The notes under the pieces are model-generated. The model had not been told where the DNA came from, made no database searches, and saw nothing but the letters and a program-made list of their open reading frames with translations. A program made the position numbers and the translations under genes. Below, in pieces: positions 22,401-34,400 of a stretch of DNA of 64,000 bases; positions within the stretch are counted from its first letter, which is position 1; each line of letters begins with the position of its first letter. Origin of the DNA: Bugula neritina (taxonomy: Eukaryota; Animalia; Bryozoa); the NCBI GenBank assembly GCA_964035545.1, contig OZ037768.1, positions 15,669,875 to 15,733,874 of the forward strand, given 5' to 3'.

Positions 22401-25400
22401 CTTTCGTAGGCACTAGTTATCAGGCTGCAAACAAATGCTCCTCCTTTCTTCCCGTTGCAGCAAAATCACCCTATATACAGAGGACAGTGAAGCCTATGTT
22501 ACAACATATACTAGTAAAAGCAATAGAGTACCTGTAAACTCGTTGCAGTGTATTTGTGATATTCAGCATTAGCTTTAAGATCATCAATGTCAACCGTTGG
22601 CAGCCCAGAAATCAGCAACTCCAGCTCTTGCTCATTGAATATGGAGATGAGATATTTTGGTATGACATCATAGAAACCCTCCAGGAAAGCATTCAGCTAA
22701 ATATGAAGAAAATAGCGTGCAGTTGAAGTATCATGTAAGTTTAGCCTATAATATGTAGTAACACATAGAAAATACATTGAAATATTGTATTGCTATGAAA
22801 AATACACAATTATATGACTTACAAATACAAAGTTACCTGCGTTATGTATTGTATAAGCATATTAATTTACACAGGTACATGCATCTTTTATATTACAGTA
22901 TCACATGAGCCGCCATAATTATATTAAATATGATGGGTGAAATAAATATACATTCATCTATTAGTTTATCGCATTTGCAAAAATACATTTAACATTACAT
23001 AAACATACACCTGTATTTAAATTATACAACACATGTATACATGTAGACTTAAATACATATATTTATTCAATGTCCTATACATGAAGGCTATTACATTATA
23101 GATAATATATCATACAGATATATAGTGTATCCCAGATGAGATAGTTGTGTGTGATGAAATAGATAACAGAAAGAGCAAGTTATAAATTAAATACAACACA
23201 CCAGAATAACCCTGGAAAGATCTCATTATATATTCACATTTTTACTCCATCTATCTCAAGCGATCAAAATCATCTAGAACTTTAAAAAGGCAATATCAAT
23301 CATGAATGAAGGGTAAACTTGTAAAAATTGGTGTGGTATGCTGTAATGGTATGTAAATACGATTTAATGGGCCGAGCTATATGAATTATTTGATTAATTA
23401 CGGCGTCAAACAACCAAGAGTCTGACCGCAATAAACCACCAGGGCTTCAACTTCAACACAGAACAATTAGCCAGCCTCAACCAGAAAGAGAGGAGAACAG
23501 AGCAGAGGGAGCATGACAATAACTACTAGCTTCAACAATGAAAAGAGACAAACTGGAGTGGTGTGTGGGTATAATGTTTCAGAAATACAAAACGTGCAGG
23601 ATGCCATGCTTCAAATTAGACTTGGTTAAAAATTAGTACATATAAAAATTTTAGTACAGACAAAACTATAAAAACATAGGGATACAAAAATATATGTAAT
23701 ATGGTGTACTTAAACATCAAGCTATTACTTTGCAACACACCAGTCAGGCTTGAATTGAGCTGCGATTAAATTATGATGCACCATCCCTAACTAGAATTAA
23801 AGAACTTGTTTCGGATTTAATCATCAGGAACAGGTGATTAGCTGCACAGTAACTACACTACTAGAGATTATTACTGTTTCAATTTCCAGCAATATAAACT
23901 ATTTTACACCCTCCAATAAGTTATCTCGTAATAGGATTCCAAATTTCTAAAATTTAATAAAATTGATACAAATGAAATTGCCACAATCCTCCAACCACTC
24001 CTATATTCCACTGAACTTACAATTGCATTGTATGGCTTGCAATAACCAGCCAGCGCAAGCTACGATAATCAGATAGTGCTACTGAAAACAAGGTTTGCGA
24101 CCACCAGAAATAATATTGCAGTTTTGCAGGATTATTTAAATTAAAACTGCGTAATGTATGCATCACATATTTTCAGTGTACAGAAGGTCATGTACAGTCA
24201 GTATGTAGTATAGTCTGTAATATATAACATGTAGGACAATGGTCACAGTAATGAAACACACTCAGTGTAGAATCTATTTCAAAAATTTAACTAACTTTAT
24301 TGTCTTCATAACAGCGATAAGATGTTATAAAATAGTTGGGCACCTTTGAAGGCTCATTGACAACAAATTGAGATTTTCAACAGGCAAAATGCTGGAAATT
24401 ACTTCATTTTCAACGAGAGCAAATAACAAAACATCAAGAGCACTTAACAAACGTCAAGAAACAATAGTTTATTGTATAGTGTTGTATGCAATAGAAATTA
24501 GCTTTCTTCTGTTTGCATGGCTGGCATATATCTACCATATTACATCATTTAATACAACAGTTATGAATATGATAACTTCAAGCTACCTCATCCAAAGTTA
24601 GGTGTAGAATTTTGTATATTTACATCATCACTATTTCTAAAACTTTAGGCAGCTAGGTTCAACTGTTGTTTATTATTTTAACTTATCTTTCTAAAGTTAC
24701 AGTCTAAAACAACGAAAAAAAACCAGCATATTTAAATGAAACTTGCATATCTCTAGCCAAGGCTGCTGATGAGCTACATCAAGTATAATGACCTGTATAA
24801 ACTCACACAATATCTAAAGCCACCTCCAAGTTTGGTATTTTATCTACCAGAATTTGCATCTAGGTTATACTACATGTACAAAACAGAAAGTTTGTAGGTA
24901 TGATTTGGCAAGGCCACCAGGAACACGAAAGGCCATATTTTCTGGTGAGGCTACGATGGTGGGTCTAAAAATTAGAGCTAGCAATAGGCATGAATTACTA
25001 ATACACAGGAATTTTGGAAGATTAGTTTGCATATAAATATACAGTTGGTTGAATACACACAGTGATAGGCACTGCAGACCTGGATGAAGATCAAAGAGAA
25101 TCCTAGCAAGGGAGGGTTGGCGTCTTTCCACCAACTCAGAACTTACATATGGAAATTACTTGTTAAATATGCAGAGCAGCTTTATCATCTAACGCAGAAC
25201 TACACACAGCCCTATGCTACCCACAGCCCTATGTGCAATAAACATGCTAATTTAAAACAATTGCCAAGAGATAAGCCGTTCTAGAAAGTGATTAATGAAA
25301 TTATTAATGACAACAAACAATGTTAGTAGTGGGTCAAATGGTTGCCATGTAAAGATTGGTTGTTGGCTCTGATCAATTAGGTACACAAAAATATCAGTAA

Positions 25401-28400
25401 GGCTATAAAAAAAAGAATCTACCAAGTATATATGAATGAGTAGCAATGTCCTAAGTTGTAACTGCAGTGTACTAAGATGTGTAACTTACAAAGAATTGCA
25501 GAATATACAAATATATAATTTCAATATAGTCGTCTATATGAAACTCATCACCCAACTTTCTAAACTAGCAGTGGAAAAATTTATTTAAATAATTTGTACA
25601 GCGTTATTACTGTTCTAGGGTATTTTTAATTGAAATATATTGCAGTGATGATTTCACTACCAGAAGATATGGTCATTCAAGTAGTTGCTGCTTCTTTATG
25701 TACAGGTGACAACTTTCAACTCAAGGTGATCAAACGAGTGGCTTCCTAATTCATTCCTAGCTCTGATTGACTTGATAAACTATTTTTATCGATACACTCC
25801 ACCAGGGGCTCAATCAGATTCAATTATTGAAAATTTAGTTCAACAAAATTGTGTGACTGAAAGATAAGGTGCTAAACTGACTCATAGCCACACCCACCCA
25901 GAGACACTACTTTTCCAGACTGATAAATAAGCCAAAAACTACTCATCACTTACAGAAACCTCTGAAATGCTTATAGCTAACCAAAAGGGCAAATGTTATA
26001 GAGAAATGACGATGTGAAAGATTTTTACAAAATTTTCTAATGGGCTTTGACTATATACAGACAGGTGAAGGCGAAGAGAATGATCGATGAAAAGGGGTTC
26101 TAACAGAATCGATAGCCAAATTATATTTATTGTCATCTCAGAACATAACTATATATAAGATAGTCAAAGAGGCAAACCAGCAGTGACTAACTTTCTGTAA
26201 ATGAATGCACAAAATGATAATCCGAACACGTTTCACAAGATTTGGATAGATAGCGGTCAGATGACATTATTTGCATCTGAGTTGAAGTAAAGAAGGGTTG
26301 GAAGTGAGGTGTAATGTTCCATGAACAAGATCAAATGACCATTATCGATAGAGTTGACTATCAACACCATCTCACTACTCAGAAGTCATTGTAAATCTTA
26401 TAGCGAGCAACTCACTGGCATCCATAACAGCATTCTATTCTACACCAATGAATGACACAATAAGCTCAAGGTGATAAATTATTATAGTAGCTCTACATTA
26501 AGCTGCATCAACGCAAACTCAAAAAAAAAGAAATTTTTGGTGAGTTATCAAGATGAAGCACCTCACACCTGCAAAACAAAAGATTTAAATATCTTGAATG
26601 AGATATAGAATAGTTGAATAAGAAAGGATGGAGAGCATTGAATCGCAATTGAAAATGATAGCATCTACGCAATGATCAGCACAATGCCAAGTGTACAGTT
26701 ACAGTGTGAGAGAAACTACCCCCACCAATTATCATTTAATCGATGCAATAAGTCACTCAGCACCAACCTATGTTATATCACACCTACACTGAGCTATAAT
26801 GTGGGGACTTTTACATACAAATTTCAATTGATGGAATGCAAAGTCAAATGACTAAAATGAAATAAACAAATCATTATAATAATTATATTAAAGTTAGACC
26901 AATGTGCAATTGGTATAAAGTTATACCAATTGCACATTGGTCTAACTTTATGTTTTTATGAAAGCTGATTTATTACTATTAATTTTTTACAGCAAGGAAT
27001 TAGGCATTATAAAAAGCTGGTTTAGAATGGACTAAATTTTGATGGAAGTAACTACCAAGACCCTTGGTAATCTAACCATCTGCTGAGTATGGGCTGGGTC
27101 AATATATAAATGAGCAACAAGGTAGTCTAGCTGTCACTTATAGAGCACTGGCTGCAGGGTGTCAAGGTAATAAAGTACCTGCTTGCGTATGGCACCAGTC
27201 ATCTTTAGCTGACACACCAGTTTGACATACTCTTTCTTGTTTTCTTCAGTCACTACTATATTAGTTCCATTGGGCTTTAGCTCTCTAGTTTGAGTTACTC
27301 CAAGCTCCTGAATCTACATTTTAAAGATACCAACTTGTATATTTCTATAAAATTGTTTAGTGCAAAGCATTTTTAGGGCAATGCAGATTTACAAATCATA
27401 CAAAATGCCAGAGTAGAAACTATTTCTCTTGTAACATGTCTGGGGGATTATTATTACATTTGATGAACAGTGGTATCATAATTTATCAGATTACATTGAA
27501 TGCAGCATATAACCAAGAAGCTAGAATATTTTAAGTAAAAAGTTGACAAAATATATGCACTAAATATAACATTAGGCCTAGTAATGAGGCTAATTCTTAA
27601 TAAATAAGATATAAAAATGATATATGTGTGTTCTTAAAGTAGTAAAACCATAAGTAAGCACCACAGGAAACCACAAAACTCCCTAAATAGACCCATTAGT
27701 CAAGAATAAACTGAAAGTTTTCCAACTTATGTCATCAGCTGGTAAATTTCAAAATTTCTGCTTTACCTTTTGTGCCAAAAGCCTTGGCTAGATACTCAGT
27801 GATTTTATCAGACTAGATTGTAGTGGAGTCGAAAAACAATAAAACCACAGATTTAAAAGCAGGGTGAATAGCCTTCAGACATGCAGTAAAATTTGCAGAA
27901 TCAATGAGAAATTAGCAAATAGCTTATATTTACTTTCTGCGACAGTTTTGATACTGCCCCAATTATTATAATATTTATGACAAAACTATCAATATTTTAT
28001 CAACAAAATAATAAACATTTCCAAAATTGATATACAAATTATTAAAGCAAATCAAAAACATACACTACGTAAACAGCATTTACAAACAAATAAAACAAAG
28101 CTAAATGAGCACATGCTAAGAGTAATCAATAGGCAGCAACTGCTGTTATACTGCCAAGCTGTAACTGTGAAGCTAATAATTACTCAAGGCAGACTGGATA
28201 CAAACCACACAATTTTTTTCAAATTTTAATTTTGTTTATTAGCTATACTCCCGTCAGCATATCATAGCTAACCACATTTCAAAATGTGTTTTACTTCTTT
28301 AATAAAAATAGACGGCTAATTTTATGCCACAAATTAACTAATGGGTCGAAAATTAAGTAATTTACTGTTTAGATGTACTACACGGTGTGTCTATAAATTT

Positions 28401-31400
28401 AACCCATTAAACTTTATATTTATAGAAGCAATCCAATATCATTTGAAATAAATGTAAAATATTGTACCTCGGTGCTAAATGTGAGGTCATAACCCAATTG
28501 TTTAATATCATGATTGAGTAGGAACTCTAGGCCTTGATAGAAAGAGTAATCCTCTGCTTCCATGTCAGTGTATCTACAGTCAAATATAATTCAATGTTAA
28601 CAGTAGATATATTTATACAAGCTCAATAGCTCACTATATATAAGGCTACAGGAAGTATTTTAAAAAATCTAATTTTCAACACTGATGGAATAGTCATTCT
28701 TTGTTTACAGACAAGGATGCCAAGAGAAGGTATACTTGTTGATTGTAAAATAGCCACCGTGACCAATCCACAGTCAACTGAAATGCAACATAAAATTGAA
28801 ATAGTGACATGGGCTAAATAATTACTTCCTTTGAACAGAAAGGGTGGCACGTTAAGCAAGTGCTGGCAATGTCTAGATTAGCAACATAAAGAAATGTAAA
28901 CAAGAAGACAGCTAGAGGCAAGGAATTGGTGTAGATAGCACCCTCAATGGAACTTGAGACAACATGCTGCCCACAGTGCCCTGTGGCTGCATTATCCCCA
29001 CACACAGTACATATGTATCTCATTACAATTTCATATTACATAATAATTAAGGAGTATAGCAATGTCAGTCAAGTGCAGCAAGCATAGAAGCACCAGGCAC
29101 CAGCTTAAGACAACATTCTTTGTGGTGATTACTACCTGCTAGAACTAATTTCCATTGTTATTTTTTGACAAAATTGACAAGCAAACTGCATTAATTAAAA
29201 TCTAGGAGTCCTTTAGTCTTGCATACAAGCAGTTATACAGCATGGCATATTGAAGTTATGTGAGAGAGATCAAATGTTGGTGAGCTTGGAGAAATTGAGC
29301 CATATATTTAAGTAGAAGATGTGTGTATTAAATAGCCCACCCTCAGGCTGGAACATGAAAACCAGGCATTTTGCACATTTAGAGTATGCATGCTAACAGA
29401 TAATAAAGGGATTTTATGAAATATGCTAAACTCACAAATGTAATCAAACCATAATACAATCTAAATTAGAAAGTTTTTTTTTAAAAAACTGTTTCGCAAA
29501 AATATAAGTTGCTTACTCAACAATGATAAGATGAAATCAGAGATGAAATGCCTTAGATGGAGAAAGTGAACTATACCTATTGTTTTCAATGAGAACTCAA
29601 AATTGGTCTTGTTTTAAATGCTATATTATATATGTCAACAAACATAAAAAGCTACTGTGGAACCAATGAAGTAGCGACAGACATTCAGTAGCAACAGACC
29701 ACAGCCTCCGAGTGCATATACATTCTTGTCAATTACATCCATAATAGTTGGGCTGAAATATCTATGATTCAGAGATGTGGTGAATTTTCAACACTGCTCG
29801 GAGTCATTAATCATAGCTGGGAGGTAGTTAACCAATTGTAGTCATTTCTTCACATTATAATATATGTTAATCCTATAAGCAGCGAAGAAGTGAAGGCATT
29901 GTGCTAACTGCCATATGCAGCTACTTCACTCAAATATATGCCATGGATTGGGTTTTATTTGTAATATTTTTTTTAATTTTTTAATGCAGTGTTCTTACTG
30001 CTTAAGCGTTCAATTACTTTAATATCCATATATCCTCCATATGTGTTTAGTTATTATGGGTACTTCCTAAAAAATGGTCTTATACAAACATAAGCAATGG
30101 GAAACCATGGAGATGTATGGGTTTAACACCATCAGCCCACTAGGACTACATTTCTGATTGGTGAAAAATTAATTCAAAAACAGTTTTATAAATTTGGCCG
30201 TATCTGATGCACAATACTCTATGAACCAAACCATGTTGCATAAAATATTAGACTTCTATATATATAAATCAATCAATATATGGAAAATATTACAAGAAAA
30301 AAATTCATAATGTATAATTTAGATTATTAACCATTGGCTATATAGTTGAATCACTAGTCCTATTATTGAATGTCTTAATAATATAATTATATGGAACAAA
30401 GAATTTATATATTATCAACATTTCACGTGACTATTGTTTGAAGTTAATAATCTATTATATTCATGCAAAGTACATTTTATAAACTATTGCGTATTTTATA
30501 ACCATAATTTCAACATTAAACATCTTGGGACTCATGCAGTGGCTTTTATGAAAATATTTGAGCAAACAATGAACATATACAGTATTATAAAATGAACTGT
30601 GTTCAGCTGGGGCCATCAGGTTTGAATAAACATCTAAAATATCCAACATTATACTATATTTTGGACTTTGGAGCATGGAAAGCTGCTAGCTAGGTAAGTA
30701 AAGGAGTAAATGTTACCTCACTGGCTGTCCGGTGATGTGCTTGTAGAAGCTTCTGGTGAAGTAGCACTCCAGCAGTTTGTTATCGTAAATAGCTTTTGCT
30801 ATGACTCTGCCAACAAACTTGAAATAGCTAAGATGTTCTGAGTTGTAGTAGGAGAGCTGATTGATGGTGTAGGTAACCCTGTCTTGGGGCGTTAGCATAA
30901 ATAAAGCATAGTTTGGATTGAATATTTCTCTTGACATAATCATATACCATTCTCTGAGCAAGCCTCCAGCATCTTGCCCTTCCTCACCTAAGTACACAGA
31001 AGATGATAGCATTTACATAGCAGGCTATAATCCACTGTGATACAGAAAAGCACAACTATGATAAACTATACTAGTGACAAATTACCCCAGTTATTAACCA
31101 AATTCACCTATATTATATTTTAATATCAAACTTCAATTAGCAGAAAATTAGGTTTGTTTAATTATTGAAAATAAATACTAAATTCTGTGTGCAGAATATA
31201 AGAAGTAAATGTACAGTATGGTTGGTTGGTCTTATTTCACCAGACTGTTCAAATGCAAATAATAATTGTAAATATATTGAAATAGCAGACAAGTTGAAGT
31301 GTTTTAGCAATATGTAATGCTCCTTCATGTTCTCAACTGAAAACAAAATATCTCTTTATTCTAGAAGGAAATTTCTATTTAAAAATGCAAATTTGTTACT

Positions 31401-34400
31401 GGTATCACCTCAAAGGATAAATAAAAAGGTATCATTTTTTGGACAACCTGAAAATTTGTTGAAATGCTATGAAGCAGATGAGAAACAAATAGAAAATAAA
31501 TAAATAAAGGTAATAAAGAATTCTACCTTCAGTACTAGATTGGTGGACCCAAATGAAGCATAATACAAACTGATGCACAACCTGAAGTGGACTCTAATGG
31601 ATATAATATTAAACCCCCCCCCCAATGAAATGTTTAATTTAACATTATATATATATATATATATATATATAGATACATACCGCCACCCGATCAGGAAATG
31701 GCGGAGAAAGGTGAGAAATATAGATACATACACACATGCATATATACACATATGTATAATATATACACATATCCACATCAACACTTTTATAGGGCTTTAG
31801 AGTTTAGACCCTATTGACTATGTGCTAACAACTCCAAAGTTTTGATAAATGGGGATATACATGTTCTTAAATTTCTGACCATCAGTTTGCAACATAGAAT
31901 ACTAGCAATGTTAAATAAATCTATACAAAAATTAGAGTTTAAACTGAAAAGTGCTAATACCTTCAAAAACAATGTAGAGCCTATGTTTCCATTCATCTGC
32001 TGTACGTCTGAAGAGTTCTCTGTATGAATCTTCAAACACATGATCTCTTCTCACATGCACTGCCAGGTCTTCCCTGCGAATCCCTGCAGTCACACAATAT
32101 ATTCACACTACACCACAAAGCATAATGTGACTGCCAACACTTCAACGTGTAGGTAAATCAACACTTTACTACCACAGACAGCCATTTTCACACAGGCTGC
32201 ATCAAACACAGTTTGGATTGTACAGTGAACTAAACAAGAGAAGTATGTGAAGAACTATTATGGAACATAAGAGATAAGTTGCTTCAAAAAAAACTTAGTT
32301 ATTACCTTCATCTAGTTTCTGTAATTCTGCCTTGAAGTATCTGTTTTTGACATCAAAATCCAGCAGCTTCATGTGATCAACAAGAACAGAGAAAGGGCCA
32401 TCACTAAGGGGTGTCTGAGACTGTCTGAGAATCTGATTCAACACGGTCTTATGAGTTTCTAAAATCCAGCAGACAGAGAGCCATGCAGATAAGATAAAGG
32501 TGAACATATCAAGGTCTGCATACAGAACTCATTATTTCAGAATACTGACAGGGTGAACCAGCATTCCAACAACAGTTTAACTTTACATCCCGAAACAATG
32601 TCAACTGATACTGACACATTCCCTGCTGGCCAACAGAAGTGCATATGGTGTAACATGACAGACACAATTACTGTCACCACCCAAACCAATTCACCTTTTA
32701 AAATAGATTGTGTATATACATGTATATGTGTGTGCGTGCACGCATGTGTATGTACAAACATAGGTATACATATACATGCACACTACATATTTATATAGAT
32801 GTACAATTACATACACATACACCTACTTTAAACACTTCAAATTAATTATTTGAAAATCGAATATTAACTAACCATGGAATCATCTTGCTATGCATAATTG
32901 TATGAGGTGAGATAAGTGATGAAAGGAATTCTGTATTAATAAAATAGCAAGCACCATTTAATTCAAAATGCTTTAATTACAAACAGGACTGCAATTGATA
33001 AATTAAAGTCATGTTAACATTTTTTGAATAGAAGGAAATTGCCTGTTTTCTAAGTATGATGGATATTTAAAGTCTATATATGGTTGCAAATTACGGCAAT
33101 TCTGGTCACATAAAAACTACCATCGAAAATTATATGGAACTTATAAAGTGTAAAGCTTCCTACACCAACTTAAAGAACAAAATAACTCAACACCAATGGC
33201 AATGATACCAGGTATACCAGGTAGAGTAGAGCAATAACCAAGGTGTGCATTTCACAGAACACAGAAATGCTGCATATGCCACACTATCTATTGAAATACA
33301 ATACATGTCCCCACCAGTATACCACAATAAAACAGTAACTTTTACCTGCAAATCCCAAAAACTTTTTAGTTTCTGGACTGAGGTTGTCATCAGATCTGGT
33401 GGTGCCGATGGGTCCAGTGGTGCTGGTGGCAGGAGATGGCGGAGGTTCATCCAGGTTCAAATGAGACAGCTGGTCTTCTCTCGCCTGCTGATCACGACGT
33501 GACTTGGCTGTTGAGGCTTCTTTTTGACCTGTCAAAGTTTTTCATTGAATTGCAAGCTTTTGAGAGTTTAAACATTGAATTTTTAAGCCAGCTCAATGAT
33601 TAAGTTGTGTGTTGCAATGAAAATCAGCAATAAATATTATAAGTTTTATAATACCATAGACTTCAAATTAATTCAAGACGTATTTGCACAAAATTCATCA
33701 AAAACAAAATTTTTTGAGCCTACAACCCTCAGTCTGTAGATAAGCATTATAAAGTGTGTCAGGAGTTTTTAAAAATATGTAATAGGGCTGAAATTTTAGG
33801 TGTAAATAACAATTAAACATTTGATTTAATTAAAATAATCACTAAAATTTTTACTCAGCTCTTTTAAAATGCAACTCTGAAGTTAAGTTAGGTACATTTA
33901 CATTCAAGTATTCTTTGAAACTTGACCACCTATGTTTTGAAAATGCTGATTTACTATGATGTCCACATTGCTGGTGAATCAGCTTTTTAATTGCGAAAAG
34001 AAATTAAATTTAAAGCCACTGTACACTAATTTATTCAGAGGTTTTAGGAATATCAATAGTAAGTAATAGCAACCTCCTAAGAAAAAGTTGCACAGCAAAA
34101 AATACACATTCAACCTACACCACCAAGTGAATATGTAAATATAGTAGTTTTTACATGTATGGGTATCATACAGTAGTAAATACATATAAATGTTGCTACA
34201 ACAGCAACATGAAAAGTAGGGCCAACTTACCAGCATGAACTAAAAAGAAAGTCTCCACTGCAGGTTGAAGTATGAGAATGGCATTTTGATCATTATTATT
34301 AGCAAGTTCAGTGAGGCAGAGTCCCAGAGTATCCCAGAGTTTATCTAGTGCCAGCCGGTCACATAGAGGAGGATCTAATAAAATACAGGCAAGTCATTAA

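Noticed and set aside
23740-23830. Possible C/D snoRNA on the minus strand (CTGATGA...CTGA, ~80 nt)
   Set aside because: Imperfect C box, no terminal stem, no convincing rRNA antisense element, and it overlaps a likely repeat fragment
24560-24600. TGAGGTAG on the HUWE1 sense strand as an intronic let-7/miR-98 homologue
   Set aside because: Only the first 8 nt match; the rest is unlike let-7 and there is no extended hairpin. I saw no let-7 gene anywhere in the window.
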